Shown piece by piece: positions 10,988-25,874 of a stretch of 64,000 nt of DNA. The stretch covers positions 7,502,001-7,566,000 of the forward strand of contig JAWMAR010000085.1 of the NCBI GenBank assembly GCA_036785375.1, written 5' to 3'. Source of the DNA: Leucoraja ocellata. Lineage: Eukaryota. A program made the translations under genes and the position numbers. How positions within the stretch are numbered: the stretch's first letter is position 1; each line of letters starts with the position of its first letter. The notes under the pieces are model-generated. The model worked only from the letters and a program-made list of their open reading frames with translations. It did no database searches and was not told the DNA's origin.

Positions 10988-13900
10988 TAACGCTTTCTTT
11001 GATGTACGGATAAGTATTTTGTTGTGCAAAGATGAGTTCCAAATCATCGTATATAGTCATAGAGTCATCCAGTGTGGAAACAGGCCCTTCTGCTCAACTT
11101 GCCCACAATGACCAACATGCCCCATCTATGCTAGTCATACCCATAGGGGCAGCACAATGGTAGTTGCTGCCTTACAGTGCAAGAGACCTGGGTTCGAACC
11201 TGACTACAGGTGCTGTCTGTATGGAGTTTGTATGTTCTCCTTGTGACCACGTGGGTTTTCTCTGGTTTCTTCCCACACTCCAAGGATGTACGTTTGTAGG
11301 TTAATTGGCTTTGGTAAAATTGTAATGTGCCATAGTGTGTAGGATCGTGCTCGTGTATGTGGTGATCACTTGTCGGCACAGACTTGGTGGAGCGAAGGGC
11401 CAGTTTCTGGACTGTATCTTTAAAGCCTAAAGCCTGCATTTGGCTCACATCCCTCTAAACCAGTCCTATCCATACCTGTCTAAATGTTGCTTAAATGTTG
11501 TGAGAGTACCTGCTTGAACTACCTCCTCTGGCAGCACCTTCCATACACTCACCATCGCTTGTGTAAGATAATTGCCTCTCAGGTTCCTATTAAATCTTAC
11601 CCCATCACCCTAAACCCACAGTAGGTCCTCTGGTTCTTGATTCTCCTACTCTGGGTAAAAGACTCTGGGCATTCACCCTGTCTATTCCTCTCATGATATT
11701 ACGGAGCTCATTTCATGCAGAGTGACGGGTTCCAACCTAATGCTGCCACAGCCTCTAGTTAAACATTGCATTCAGCATTTTTCTTAAACTCTTTCCTTGT
11801 GGACTAATCTGCCCCAAAAAGCAACGGGTTTTTGTCTGCTGATGAGAGCAACATGATCTCGGCTATTTCCAGGGAGAGCCAGAAGTTGCATTTTAATTGG
11901 TTAATTTCAATAAGTGGAAACATTTAATTGCTGCCTTGAACATGTAGATACGATGAGGATGTTTAAGAGGCTTTTAGATAGGCAGATGTATAGGTTGGAA
12001 ATGGAGGGGTATGGTTCATGTTTAGTATAGTGTAGAGATACAGCATGGAAACAGGCCATTAGGCCCATCCGGTTCTTGTCGACCATTGATCACCCGTTCA
12101 CACTGGTTCTGTTATCCCACTTTTGCATCTACACCCGACACAACGGGTAGTCAAGAGGTTAATTAACCTACCAGCCTGCACCTCGTTGGGATGTAGTAGG
12201 AAGCCCATGTAGTCAAGATGAGAACTTGCAAACTCCGCACAAACAGCACCCGAGGTCAGGATTGAACCTGGGTCTCTGACTCTGTGAGGCAGCAGCTCTA
12301 CCCGTTGCACCACTGTGCCGCCTTGTGTGTAGGCAGATGAGATTAGTTTATCCTTCTATCATGTTCGGCACAAACTTTGGGGGCCGAAGGGCCTGTTCCT
12401 GTTCAATCCATGGGTTGAATTATATGCCAGTGCATATTATACACAAATTAAGGTTTCAATACTGATCCAGTTATCTACCAGTGTCTATCTGTCAGGAAAT
12501 AAAAGAAAAAGCAGGGTAAATTAATTGACATTTTCTATCAGGATTACGTTATTACAGGTGCGTTGGTCCAAGGCATTTGGTCTGACAAATGTCCATGATT
12601 GCAAGGTACTCTAACTTTATAATTCCTGCATTTTCTTAAAGGTTCTTGAGCAAGTAGACATTACTTGCCAGACTGGTTGTACAGCCCTCCAGTCTTCAAC
12701 CTGTAATAGCAAATGAAAAATCAACGCTATCTCTGGCTCAGATGCAAAATGCTGGAGTAACTCAGGGGATCAGGCAACATCTCTGGAGAAAAGGAATAGG
12801 TGGCGTTTCGGATCAAGAGGCTTCTTCAGACTCGGGGAGAGAGAAACTAGAGGTATGAAAAGTTACAAAGAGCAAATGAATGAAAGGTGCGAAAAGAACA
12901 AATCAAAACTAACAACAATGATCAAGGAAAGGTGGAGCCCACAATGGTCCGTTGTAGGCTGTGGAGAAGGTGATACAAACAGTGGAACTAAGCAGGATGA
13001 CAGTGAAACTAGGGTGGGGGAAGGACAGAGAGGAAGGAGATGCAAGGGTTACTTGAATGAACACCACGGGGTTGCAAGCTGCCCAAGTGAAATATGTGGT
13101 GCTGAATCCCACACGGTCACAGGGAGAACATACAAGCTCTGTACAGACAGCACCTGGAGTCTTTAGCACTGCAAGGCAAGTATTTTTCTTCGGCGAGAGT
13201 ATGGGCAGAATAAATGGGAGGGTAGTTGGAAGGGAATATTGGGTGGACTTTCTTCCCACCACCATCAATGTGATGAGACACTGCAAAGGCTGCCTTCCCA
13301 GCGGGGATGGAATGAAAAATCGTGGCGTTGCCAACAAAGATTAGCACGATGGTAAAAAACTGCGCGCACTTTAATCTTTCTGCTTCTGCACCATCTGATC
13401 AAAGTCAGCCAAACTTTGGGAGGGAAATAAGAGATATTAATCTCCTTCAAATATCCCTTGGGAGAAGAAAGGGCTCGTGGCTAGAATCACTGGAGGATCA
13501 GTCGTAAGGGACAGTCACGGGGTGAAATGATTCAATAGCAATGTGATCTGTGCCACCGCTACCTGCACTCCTACATCTCTCTGCTCTACAACACTCCCCA
13601 GAATGGTAGGGCTCTGTATGTTTAGAGCAGAGGGATCGAGGAGTGGACACACATTGCTGGAGTAACTCAGCGGGTCAGGCAACTGTCAGAGTACTGAGTA
13701 TAGAAGTTGGGAGATTGTGTTCCTGGTACATAAGATGTTGGCGAGGCCTGATTTAGAGTATTGTGTTCTGTTTTGGTCACCAGGTTATAGGAAATATATT
13801 GTCAAGCTGGAAAGGGCGCAGAAAAAATTTGAGGATGTTGCCAAGACTCAAGGGCCTGAGCAATATGTTGAGCAGACTAGGAGTGGAGTGGAGTGCAGAT

Positions 13901-16900
13901 ATGGGGTGATTTTATAGGGGTGGACAAAATCATGAGATTAATAATGTAGGGTATTGCAGAGTAGGGGAATCGAGAACAAGGGGGTAGATTTAATAAGAAC
14001 CTGAGGAGTAACTTTTTTTACTCAGAGGGTGGTGGGTGTATGGAACAAGCTGCCAGAAGAGGTAGTTGAGGCAGGTACTATTGCAACATTTATGAAACAG
14101 TTAGACAGGTACATGGATAGGACAGGTTTAGAGGGATATGGGCCAAACACAGGCAGTTGGGATTACTGTAGATGGGACATGTTGGTTGGTGTGGGCAAGT
14201 TGGGCCGAAGGGCCTGTTGCCATGCTATGACTCTCAGCAAAAACATTTCCACTACTGCCATTTCCTTGTTGATCTCTTTATCGTTGAGTAGCAGTTATTG
14301 TTCACATGTGTCTCACATTGCATTATTTAAATACCTCCATAATGTTAAAAGTTGGAAAAACTGCTTCAGGCACTTACTCAGGCACTTTAACCCGCCGTGG
14401 AGAATCACCCAGATCTGAACGGTTATTTGCAGCGTAGTGCAATGGTTGCAGCCTCTGCTGACTTCCCAGCTGCAGAAGTGACCACCAATGGCTGGTAATC
14501 TCCGGAGAAGCTAAACCAGCTGTTCCATGCCGCACATCTGTGTGTATGTGTGTGCAAATTAGTGTGTGTTGTACAGATGAGTGAAAATCTGCCAACTATG
14601 CATCGTTGGAATAATAGTTTGGTTTATTAGTTGAAATACTAGTTTTGTTTCGGCCTACCCTTATCGATTAAATCGATCTCGGGATTATATCTTATGTTGT
14701 TTCTTTTGGAATATTGTAAGTGCTAGAGTTAAATTGTAAAGCGGGTGTGTTTACATTATTAATACAGGTCCACCACTGATTTAGTGTCACCCTTCGTTCC
14801 AGAACCTTTTTGGCCCGTGTGTGTAGGATAGAACTAGTGTATGTTTGTGTTTGTTTCTTTCGAGGACTGTTTAAGGAATTTCACTCTGTGGGGATTTAAT
14901 TTGACACTGGTTGTACTATGTAGTAAGTAAGTCACAATGAAAGTGCTTTCAAAGAATGCATCAACACCATGCTCTCAAAAATAGATTTGCTGGGGAAAAG
15001 AGATAATTACACATTGTGTATGCTTCATAATTGTCACCTTTTGAGTTATTTTTCTCTAGCCTCTCATCTGTACTTTGCTGGGCGATTTCATACGAGAGAA
15101 CACAGCACTGCATACCACTCATTCCCTTCATTTCTAAACTTAGTTACCTTCCCAAGTACTGAGAGTTATTTTGGTCCCGACAAAGGATTATGCAATTTGC
15201 TAAGTGAAAGATTTTGCCTGCTATTGTAAGGCATGTTTGTATGTCACATAGTATACTATCAAAAATAACTTGATCTAAATTGCAACCTGTATGATCACTT
15301 CAGATTTATTCATGGATATGGATCATATGCAGACAGTTCTGGGCGTCATGTTCAGCATGGACACTGCGGGCCGAAGGGCCTGTTCCTGTGCTCTACATTT
15401 CTGTGTTTTATATGCTTTGTCTTCCACATCCTAAATGAACCTGAAGAAATAGCAAAATGTCAACACAAGGAACCGCAGATGCTGTTTCGTACATAAAAGA
15501 CAAAAAGTGCTGGAATAACGCAGCAGGTCAGGCAGCACTTCTGGAGAACATGGATAGGTGATGTTTCAAGTCAGGAACCCTCGGGTCAGTTTTATTAATT
15601 ATTTTAATTTTTTTATGTATTTTTAAAATTCCGCACTTTCCATTGCAATTTGCTATGTAAAGTAACTTTCCTCATTTGGTAAATCACATGGGTTTCCTCC
15701 AGGTGTTCCGCTATCCTCCCACATCCCAAATATGTGCAGGCTTGGAGATTAATTGGCTTCTGTAAATGTCCTTAGTGTGTACATTAGAACTAGAGTACAG
15801 TGGTCAGAACTAGATTGTCGGCATGAACTTAGTGGGCCGAAGGGCCTGTTTCTATGCTGTATCTAAAGTAAATTTGTGTCCATCATTGCTGGTTGTTTGT
15901 CGGAGCATCTTATGTGGCATGGCACAGCGACTGATTTTTTTTCTAAATGCACACTAATCTTCTATTAACTTGATTTCTGTTTCCCCCTACCCCCTTTCCC
16001 TTTCCTGCCCCAGTGTGATCCCATTTCTCCCACAATCCTGCCCCTTTTCCTTCCCTCCCCATCCCATACACCACATTCCTCTTTACATTTCACTCCTCTT
16101 TTTCCCTCCTAACCTGACACCCTTTTGTCTGCTTTTCATCTCTAGACTTTAGAGATACAGTTCCAGTGATACAGGTCCAGAGATGCTGCCTGACCCGTTG
16201 AGTTCCTCCAGCACCTTGTGCTTATCTCTCGCTGATTAAAAATTCTCATTGTTTACAGCTGTTTCTGATCTAGATCAGAGATGCATAGAATACAGTTGAT
16301 GAAACAGTGGTGTCTTTATGTAGAATGCGTAGACTTGTAGAGAGTAATTAGCTGATTGCCCAGGGCTGCTGGTGCTGTGGGAACTGCTTGCTTTATGTTG
16401 AGAGCCAATTTCCGAGCATCAGCTCAATGAACAACAAAACACTATATGTCTCAAAATAGGTATTTAATTTTCTGCTCCCCATGGATTAATGGTGATAGTT
16501 TGTGCAGCGTAGCAAGCAAAAAACCCCTCCATTTCCATACGAGTGAGTGGGTATATGGAACAAGCTGCCAGAGGAAGTATTTGAGGCAGGTACTAGACTT
16601 TACTTTAGACTTTAGAGAAACAGCATGGAAACAGGCCCTTCGGCCCAATGACTATCCCATACACTAGGGACCATTTACAATTTTTACCGAAGCCCATTAA
16701 TCGTCAAACCTGTACGTCTTTGGAGTGTGAGAGGAAACCGGGGCACCTGGAGAAAACCCACGCGGTCACAGGTAGAACAAATATGCTTTGAATAGACAGC
16801 ATCCAAAGTCAGGATTAAACTCGGGTCGTTGTGAGGCAGCAGCTCTACTGCACATAAACAATACACTATTGTACCACAACAGCATTTAAAAGACACTTGG

Positions 16901-19081
16901 ATGGGTACATGGATAGGAAAGATTTAGAGGGATGTTGGCAAATGTGACCAGCTTAGATGGGGCATCTTGGCTAGCATGGACAAGTTGGGCTGAAGGGACT
17001 GTTTCCATACTGAAAAACAATGACTCTAAAAGAGTGCCTTTTCCTCCAACTGATGTGTATAAGTTTGTCTACTTGTAATACTGAGTCTTCATAAGTCCTT
17101 GCAAAACCATTATTGTGTGCAGTTCTGGTTGTTGCTTTACAGGAAGGATGTGGAGGCAAGGAGAAGATGCCGAGGAGGTTTACCTCCTGGATTGGATGGT
17201 TCAAACTATAAGGAGAGGATGGTCAAACTTAGATTGTTTTGTCTGAACTGTAGGAGGCTGAGGGGAGACCTGGTAGAAGTGTATAGAATTATGGAACGCG
17301 TACTGTAGATAGGGAAGACAGAACTTGTTTCCCAGGAAGGTAATGTCAAAGACGAGTTGGTGAGAGGACGGTTCATTTGCCTGATAACAGATGGGAAGAC
17401 ACTGTCCCTGAATCTGGAGGTGTGTGTTTACAAGCTTCTGCACCTCTTTCCTGATGGGAGCGGGGAGAAGAGGGAATGACAGGGGTGAGACACATCCTTG
17501 ATTATGCTGGTGGCCTTGCCGTGGAAGCATGAAGTCAATGGAACGGAAGTACATGGAGTCAATGGAAGGGAGGTTGCTTTTGCTTGATGGCCTGGGCTAT
17601 GAAACCTTTGGTTTTTGACACAATTATAGCAAGATGCAAAGTATTTTGTTTAATTAACAATTGTTTAATTATCTCACAATTTCTGAGCATGTTGGAAGAC
17701 TGCAAAAAAGGATTTTCTAGAAAGATGACAGGGTTATGAGAGGCTTGTGATCAATGAGCTCAATTTAAATGAGTCGGTGGAGTAAACATGGAGAAACATC
17801 AAGTGAAAGGGAATGGTACTAAATTGGCATCCACTGCCTGAATGAGCAGAGGAAGCATATTCAAAAGTAATATTTCAAAAGGGAATTAGATTAATATATA
17901 TAAAAAGGAAATAAAAGTCACAAGGTACAAGAGAAAAAGATACAAGATACAATTTATTTGTCATTAGGGTTAGGTTTAGGGTTACCCCTCAAAAAGTAGA
18001 GAAGCAAAATTATTTGGTTCATTTTATCAAAATGGGAGCCCTATTTAATTTTTGGATACAAAGAAATGCAGATGCTGGTTCACACAAAAAAATGACAACG
18101 TGCTGGAGTAACTCATTGGGCCAGGCAGCATCCCTGAAGAACTTGGACAGGTGATGGTTCGGGTCTGAAAAAGGGTCCCGAACTGAAACTTCACCTATCC
18201 ATGTTCTCCGGAGATGCTGCCTGACCCGCTGAGTTACTCCAGCACTTTGTGTCCTTTTGTGTATTAATTAGTATCTGCAGTTCTTTGTTTCTAAACTTTA
18301 CCTCTAACAAGCCGAATTACTAACCATAAACGTAGACACAATCAGTCTAAAGAAGGGTCTTCAGTCTGAAATGCCAACTGTACGTGTTCTCCAGAGATGC
18401 TGCCTGACTCACTGTGTTACTCCAGAACTTTGTGCCCATATTTAATCTATTCTGCTTTAAATCTTTTTCATACAGTATTAAAGGAATTATCTAATAAATA
18501 GCATTGATATCACATTGCAATGTAAAGTAATCACACTGACTTGTCCATATAAAGTTTAATTTAGTTTAGAGATACAGCATGGAAACAAGCCCTTTGGCCC
18601 ACCGAGTCACTGCCGACCATCGATTGCCCTACACTAGTTCTATCCTACACTCTAGAGGCAATTTATAGAAGCCAATTAACATTTAGGTTTGGGAGAGCTG
18701 ATAAGGAGGGGGTTTAAATGGTGCTATTTATTTCTAACACCCTCTATTGTACGATATTAGTTGATGGGAGGGAGTGTAGAGATTAAACCACCTGAGCTGG
18801 ATAGATCCCCGTACATTATACCACAAAATGGCAGCAAAAGACAGAGACAGGCCCGTCTCTGTTGAAACCTTCTTTATGGTTTTGTCGCCATCTGTTCTTC
18901 CTCCTCCCAGTAGCGTGGAGGGTAAGGGCTCGAGGGGGCAGCTGCAATTCTGACACAAGTTGCATTTTAATTGACAGCCCCCACCCCCCTGATTTCACCA
19001 CCTGAGCGTCTCGCAGGTCTGCTCCCCAGTCCCTCACCTGTTTGTTCCAATCTCACCCCCGTAGGCTTCATTCCCCCGTGA

Positions 19082-19360
19082 GGTGGCACGGTGGTGCAGT
19101 GGTAGAGTTGCTGCCTCACAGCGCCAGAGACCCGGGTTTCATCCTGACCACGGGTGCTGTCTGTGTGTGTGGAGTTTGCACGTTCTCCCTGTGACCGCGT
19201 GGGATTTCTCCGGGTTCCCCAGTTTCCTCCCATACTCCAAACACGTGTGGGTTTGTAGGTTAATTGGCTTTGGAAAGAAATGTAAATTGTCCCTAGTGTG
19301 TAGGAAGGTGTTAGTGATCCCTGGTCAGCATGGACTGGGTGGGCTGAAGAGCATGTTTCC
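19082..19360 (+). mobile_element. tRNA-derived SINE (HE1/V-SINE-like); representative of many copies (about 1141, 4870, 5808, 11148, 12020, 21022, 21930, 26388, 43300, 44300, 49192, 56165)
   Basis: Pol III A-box-like TGGTGCAGTGG and B-box-like sequence, conserved core TGGAGTTTGCACGTTCTCCC...GTAGGTTAATTGGC, and a CR1-like tail GGGCCGAAGGGCCTGTTTCC in the family. Confidence 0.85.
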
Positions 19361-22300
19361 ACATGTGACAATAATAAACCTAAACCTACATCGAAATGAT
19401 GGTGTAAACATGAGCATAAAATGTTGCTCTAATTTACTGGCTCAATATATACCTGCAGCAATTAGACACCGATTGTGTACGGGTGTTCAGAATGGCAATG
19501 CTCTAAGCTGTCATTTGAACTTTCTGTTATTGTGGAAACATATGCTCTTGTGAATTTATATACACGGTGAGCTGAAGAAAAGCTCAGGTACAGCACAGGA
19601 ACAGGCCATTCAGCCCACTATGTCTGTGCTGAGCATGATGCCAGGTTAAACCAATCACTGCCTACACATAATCCATATCCTTCCATCCTCTGTCTATCTA
19701 AAAGTCTCTGAAACTACACTATCATTAAAGGTCTGAGGAAGGGCTCTGATTCAAACAGTCAACTATGTCTCGCAGAGAAGCTTCCTGACACTCAGTTACT
19801 ACAGCATTTTGCTTCTATCTGCAGTTCTTTGTTTCTACATCCTACAATCGATTACCGTGCTTTGTCCCGCTCACACCTCTTTTCCAGCTTTCCATCCCCC
19901 CTATCAGTCTGAAGAAGGGTCCCGATCCGAAGCGTCTTTTGTCCATTCCCTCCACAGGTGCTGCCTGACCCGCTGAGTTCCTCCAGCATTTTGTGTTTTA
20001 CTCAAGATTCTGGCATCTGCAGTTCCTTGTGTGTCTTGTTTACAGGTACATGCTTTGCTTCAGTGAGGAGTCAAGTCAATGAAAGATTATTATTGAACTT
20101 TGCACAAGATCTTTGCTGCCTTTGATGTCTGGCCATGGTTTGAGGTCTGAGAAATATGTCAAAATTGCCTTCAACCGTGTAATCTTTAGTAAGATTACAG
20201 TTTAGCTAACGCCAAGCTTGGCCCTGGGGTGAATAAACACTGAGGAATTCATGCAGAAATATGCATGTATATGTCGAAATATCAAGAAGAATATTACTGT
20301 TATTGTAAAACACTCGGCCGAGGCTGAGTGACGAGACTCCCAGCAGTCAGACCAAACACTCCGGAGCTGTATTAAATCATCTGGATTCCAGTTCAATTAG
20401 TTACAATGCCGATCCTTTACAAAATTAAAGGCCCATTGTTCAGACATTCCCGGTCTGTCTGATTGGGTTAACGGTTGGTGATGTCTGACGGCACTGGGCC
20501 TGTACTCGCTGGAGTTTAGAAGGATGAGGTGAGACCTCATTGAAACTATCCGAATAGTGAAGGGCCTGGATAGAGTGGATGTGGAGAAGATGTTTCCACT
20601 AGTGGGAGAGTCTAGGACCAGAGGTCACAGCCTCAGAATCTCTTTTAGAAAGGAGATGAGAAGGGTTTCTTTTAGTCAGAGGATGGTGAATGCGTGGAAT
20701 TCATTGCCACTGATGGTTGTGGAGGAGAAGTCATTGGGTATTTTTAAGGCCGAGATTGACAGATTCTTGATTAGTAAGGGTGTCGGGTGTCATGGGGAGA
20801 AGGCGGCAGAAATATTTTGAGAGGGAAAGAAAGATCAGCCATGATTGAATGGCGGAGTAGACTCGATGGGCCGAATGGCCTAATTCTGCTCCTAGAACTT
20901 ATGGTCCAACTGATGGCAGGGACAATCAACTAGAGTTTGGACCATAAGACACAGTAGCCAAATACCATTCTCCTGCCTTCTCCCCATAACCTTTGACATC
21001 CTTACCAACCACACCACTAGGGCGGCGCTGTGGCACAGCTGCCATTGCCTCTCAGCGCCAGGAACCCATGTCCGATCCTGACCTCCGGTGCTGTCAGTGT
21101 GGAGTTTGCACGTTCTCCGTGTAACCGTTTGGTTTTTCTCCAGGTGCTCCAGTTTCCTCACACATCCCAAAGGGTTTGTAGGTTAATTGGCCTCTGTAAA
21201 TTGCCCCTACTGTTTAGGGAGTAGATGTGAAAGTAGGATAACATAGAACTAGTGTGAATGGATGATCGCTGGTTGGCGTGGAATCGCTGGGCCGAAGGGC
21301 CTATTTTCATGCTGATAAATGTATATAAAATTACGAGAGGCAGAGATAGAGTCAGCCAGAACCTTTTCCTAGGGTGGAAATGTCAAAGAGTAGAGGGCAT
21401 AACTTTAAGGTGAGAAGGGAAAAGTTTAAAGGAGATGTGCAGGGCAAGTTTTTTTACACAGAGGCTGGTGAATGCCTGGAACATGCTGCCTGGGATGGTG
21501 GTGGGGGCAGACACGATAGTGGCGTTTAATCTACTTTTACAGAGGCACATGGAGATGCAGGGAATGGAGGGATATGCATCACGTGCAGGCAAATAAGGTC
21601 ATTTTATCTTGCCATTATTCGGCACAAACATTGTGGGCCAAAGGGCCTGTTCCTGTGCTGTCATTTTCTGTGTCGTTAGATGAGTAAATAACACAGAATA
21701 GATTGTTAAAGTTACGTCACTGAAGGGTAATAGAGCAAGAACTCTAACGTACCCATTAAGATAAATTAGTAAGTTCTATAATTTGCTAATATGGGTTCAA
21801 ACACAAACCAGAGTGGCATTTTCATTTTGACCTGCGCATTTAATTATATGTTGGTTTCTTTCTACTTGGAAGATCAGTTTCAGTATTAAGGAACAAGGCA
21901 GGAAGGAACGCTCCACTGCAATTGGGGCGGTACGGTGGCACAGTGGGAGAGCTGCTGCCTTACAGCACCGGAGACCTGGGTTCGATCCTGACTAGCTGTG
22001 CTGTCTGTACGGAGTTTATACGCTCTCCCTGTGACCATGTGGGTTTCCTCCCACACTCCAATGATGTGCAGTTTTGTAGGTTAATTGGCTTCCCTAAATT
22101 GTAAGTTGTCCCTAGTGCGTAGGATAGTGCTCATGGACGGGGTGATCTCTGGTCGGCATGGATTCGGTGGGTCAAAGGGCCTGTTTCCATGCTGTATCTC
22201 TAAAATCTAAATTTGTAAGGGTCCTGACCTGAAACGTCGCCTGTCCATTCCCTCCACAGATGCTGCCTGACCTGCTGAGTTCCTCCAGCACTTTGTGTTC

Positions 22301-23014
22301 TGCTCTTGATTCCAGCATCTGCAGTTCCTTGTGTCTCCATTTGTTGCTGCCAATCTTGTGACCTGGAACACCGTGACTGACAGGGAAGTGGGAAATGATT
22401 AATTAGTAATTGTCAAGAAGAAATTTGACGGAGAGAGGGAATTGTCAGGACATTGGGGAGGGTGTAGGGGAGTGGGATAATTGGGTAGTCCTTGAAAACA
22501 GCCGTCACGGGCAGAGTTATTGAACAAGAAGAGTTGACTACCTCACCCAGCTGACATGCCCAAACATATTGTAGAAGGTGCAGCTTGATAATGTGAGCTC
22601 TGTGAGCTGTGTAGGCTGATCTTATGTAGAGGGAGTGGAGAAATGAGTCAATATGAGCTCCACAATGTGAAAGTGAAGGCAATGCCAAGTTAAATTTATC
22701 TTCTGGTTTCAAAATTAAATAATTTCTGCTTCCTCCACAAGCACCATGGAAAAAAAAAACCTGAAATTAGAGGCAGACAAGGAGTAATAGATAATATATT
22801 CTTGTGATAATAATTTGCCAATTCTACTAAATCAATATGTAGAAACGAAGAACTGCAGATGCTGGTTTATACCAAAGATAGACACAAAGTGCTGAAGAAG
22901 GGTCTAGTTCATGATCCGAAATGTCACCCATCCTTTCCCTCCAGAGATACTGCTGACTCATTGAGTTCCTCCAGCACTTTTCATCTATTCAGTCAAAGTT
23001 CTGATCAGAATTCT

Positions 23015-23690
23015 GTTCACCACAGTTGCTTCCACAATTCTCTGCAATTTCTTGCGGTCTTGGATGGCGCTGTTCTCAAACCATGCATCCTGATAAAATG
23101 CTTTCTACGATGCATCTGTAGAAATATGTGAGAATTGTTGGCGGACATGCCGATCCTCCTAAACCTTCTAAGGAAGTAGAAGCATTGGTGTCCTTTCTTG
23201 GCTATTGCTTCGATGAGCATGATCCAGGAGAGTTGCTGGTAATAGTTACTCCGAGAAACTTGAAGAGTTCAACCATCTCTACTTTGGCACCGTCAATGCA
23301 AACTGGGGTATGTGTACTGTGGCGCTACCTGGAGTCCATCACTATCTCCTTTGTCTTGTGGACATAGAGAGAAAGGTTGTTGTTTCAATACCAGGTCAGT
23401 TAGTTCCCAATCTCCTTCCTGTACTCCGTCTCGTCATTATTTGATATCCAATTTCAAATTGAATTGGATTTGTGCTTGGGTACACTGACACGGGTGTAGA
23501 AGGAATAAAGAAGGGAGCTGGGAACGCATCCTTGCGGAGCACCAGTGTTGAGGATTATCGTAGCGGATAATTTGTCCCCAATCCTAACTGATTGGGGTCT
23601 GTTGGTTAGGAAGTTGAGTATCCAGTTGCAGGGATGAATGCTGACTCTAAGTTCCATAGTTTGGTGATGAGCTTGGATGGGATAGAAACG
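23015..23690 (-). mobile_element. Degenerate Rex/Babar LINE fragment
   Basis: [18 protein letters not shown]...TGAPQGCV in ORF 23454-23729 and KKGHQCFYFLRR in ORF 23017-23220. Confidence 0.75.
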
Positions 23691-24151
23691 TAGGCAACAC
23701 CGCCATTCAATATGATCATGGCTGATCATCTAAAATCAGTACCCCGCTCCTGCTTTTTCCCCATTATTCCTTGATTCCTTGATAATGGTATTAAAAGCAG
23801 AGCTGTAGATAGGGGGAGGGGGGAGGGGGGAGGGGGGGGGGGGGGGGGGAGGGTAAATATTGGGAAAGTGGTTCTTATCCCAAACAGTTTGCATGTAGCA
23901 AATGATCCGTGAGCAAAATGTTTATCTCCCATTTGATTTGATGTTTTTGCAGGTTGTCACGTATTGCAGCTTCTATCCTCCAGATGGGGCTGTTGAGCTA
24001 ATGATTTCCACCTCGCTTCTGAAATAACCTAGCCATTATTGTAGTTATTTTAGTTGAAACTTTGACCTCTTATCAGCATAGGCAGCGTATTTTCCTGCAA
24101 TATATATTAGGACATCTCTATGCCATAAAAAATGTGTCTGACCTTGTTCAT

Positions 24152-25075
24152 AGATAGACAAAAGTGCTGGAGAAACTCAGCGGGTGCGGCAGCATCTGTG
24201 GAGCGAAGGAATAGGCAACGTTTCGAGCCAAAACCCTTCTTCAGACTGATGTGGGGGGGGGGTGGGGGGGGGGGGTGGGAGGGGGGGGGGGGCAGGAAGA
24301 AGAAAGGAAGAGGTGGAACCAGTGGGCTGAGAAGGGGCGGAGAAAGTAAGGACTACATGAAATTGGAGAGGTCAATGTTCATACCGCTGTGGTGTAAACT
24401 ACCCAAGCGAAATATGTGCTGTTCCTCCAATTTACGGTGGTCCTGACTCTGGCCATGGAGGAGGCCGAGGACAGAAAGGTCAGATTTGGAATGGGAGGGG
24501 GAGTTGAAGTGCTGAGCCATCGGGAGATCAGGTTGGTTAATGCGGACCGAGCGGAGGTGATGGGCGAAGCGATCGCCAAGCCTACTCTTGGTCTCGCCGA
24601 TGTAGAGCAGCTGACACCTAGAGCAGCGGATGCAATAGATGAGGTTGAAGGAGGTGCAGGTGAACCTCTGCCGCACCTGGAAAGACTGCTTGGATCCTTG
24701 AATGGAGTCAAGGGGGGAGGTAAAGTGACAAGTGTAGCATTTCTTGCGGTTGCAAGGGAAAGTGCCCAGAGAGGGGGTGGTTCGGGTGGGAAGGGACGAA
24801 TTGATCAGGGAGTTACGGAGGGAGCAGTCTCTGTGGAAAGCAGATAGGGGAGGAGATGGGAAGATGTGGCCAGTGGTGGGATCCCGTTGGAGGTGTTGAA
24901 AATGTTAACCCACTGATTGGATGACAATGTAGGGTGGAAGGTGAGGACAAGGGGGACTCTGCTCTTGTTACGAGTGGGGGGGATGGGGAGTGAGACTAGA
25001 GTCACAGGGTATAGAATAGACCCTGGTGAGAGCCTCATCTATGGTAGAGGAGGGGAACCCCTGTTCCCTGAAGAA
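24152..25075 (-). mobile_element. Penelope-like element (Neptune-type): RT C-terminus, GIY-YIG endonuclease and downstream hammerhead motif
   Basis: ORF 24353-24676 reads NLIYCIRCSRCQLLYIGETKSRLGDRFAHH (GIY-YIG); RVPLVLTFHP lies upstream. Hammerhead-like motif at 24217-24247 on the same strand. Confidence 0.9.
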
Positions 25076-25486
25076 TTACCTTGTTCATTCCTCCTTCTCC
25101 CTGTTCCCATCTGGCAGAAGGTACAGAAGCTTGAAAGCGAGCACCATCAGACTCGGAGGTAGACAAAAATGCTGGAGAAACTCAACGGGTGAGGCAGCAT
25201 CAATGGAGCAAAGGAAATTTGGGAACGGCTTCTTCCCCTCTGTTATCAGGCTTCTGATCAGCCCTTCCATAAGCTAGGGTACTGTTCGGTTCACCTCTAC
25301 CTCATTGAAGACATTGGACTTTGTCTCTGGAACTGGTGCTGCTACAATGCTGAGAACTATATTCCGCACCATGTATCTTCCCCTTAGCTCGACCTGTTGT
25401 AGAAACAAGGATATGCAAAGGATGATTTGCAAAAAAAGACACAAAATGCTGGAGTAACTCAGGGGGTCAGGGACATCTCTGGAGAA

Positions 25487-25603
25487 GGTACATAAAAATG
25501 CTGGAGAAACTCAGCGGGTGCAGCAGCATCTATGGAGCGAAGGAAATAGGCAACGTTTCGGCCCGATTTTCGATTTTCCAGCATCTGCAGTTCCTTCTTA
25601 AAC
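25487..25603. mobile_element. Penelope-derived mini-element nested in an older relative, 14-bp TSD
   Basis: ACATCTCTGGAGAA at 25473-25486 and 25604-25617. Same termini and inversion as 3617-3756. Confidence 0.78.
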
Positions 25604-25874
25604 ACATCTCTGGAGAACATGGACAGGTGACCTTTTAGGTCAGGCCCCATCCTCAGATGGAAGAAGGGTCCCGACCAAAAACAAAAAGCTTTTCACTCTA
25701 CCTGGGTGCACATGACCATAATAATAAACTAAATTAAACTAAACACATACATTTTCTCCATAGATGCTGCCTGACCCACTGAGTTCCTCCAGCTCTTTGT
25801 GACTCTACCTATTTTACCTGGGTTTGACTTGATTATATTTATATATAGTATTATCTGATCTAATTAGATAGTAA

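Noticed and set aside
13150-13530. Unique intergenic stretch with overlapping ORFs
   Set aside because: The ORFs begin in repeats and show no domain signature; cannot be called.
19082-19155. tRNA genes
   Set aside because: The A/B boxes belong to SINE heads that continue into the SINE core and tail; no complete cloverleaf is evident.
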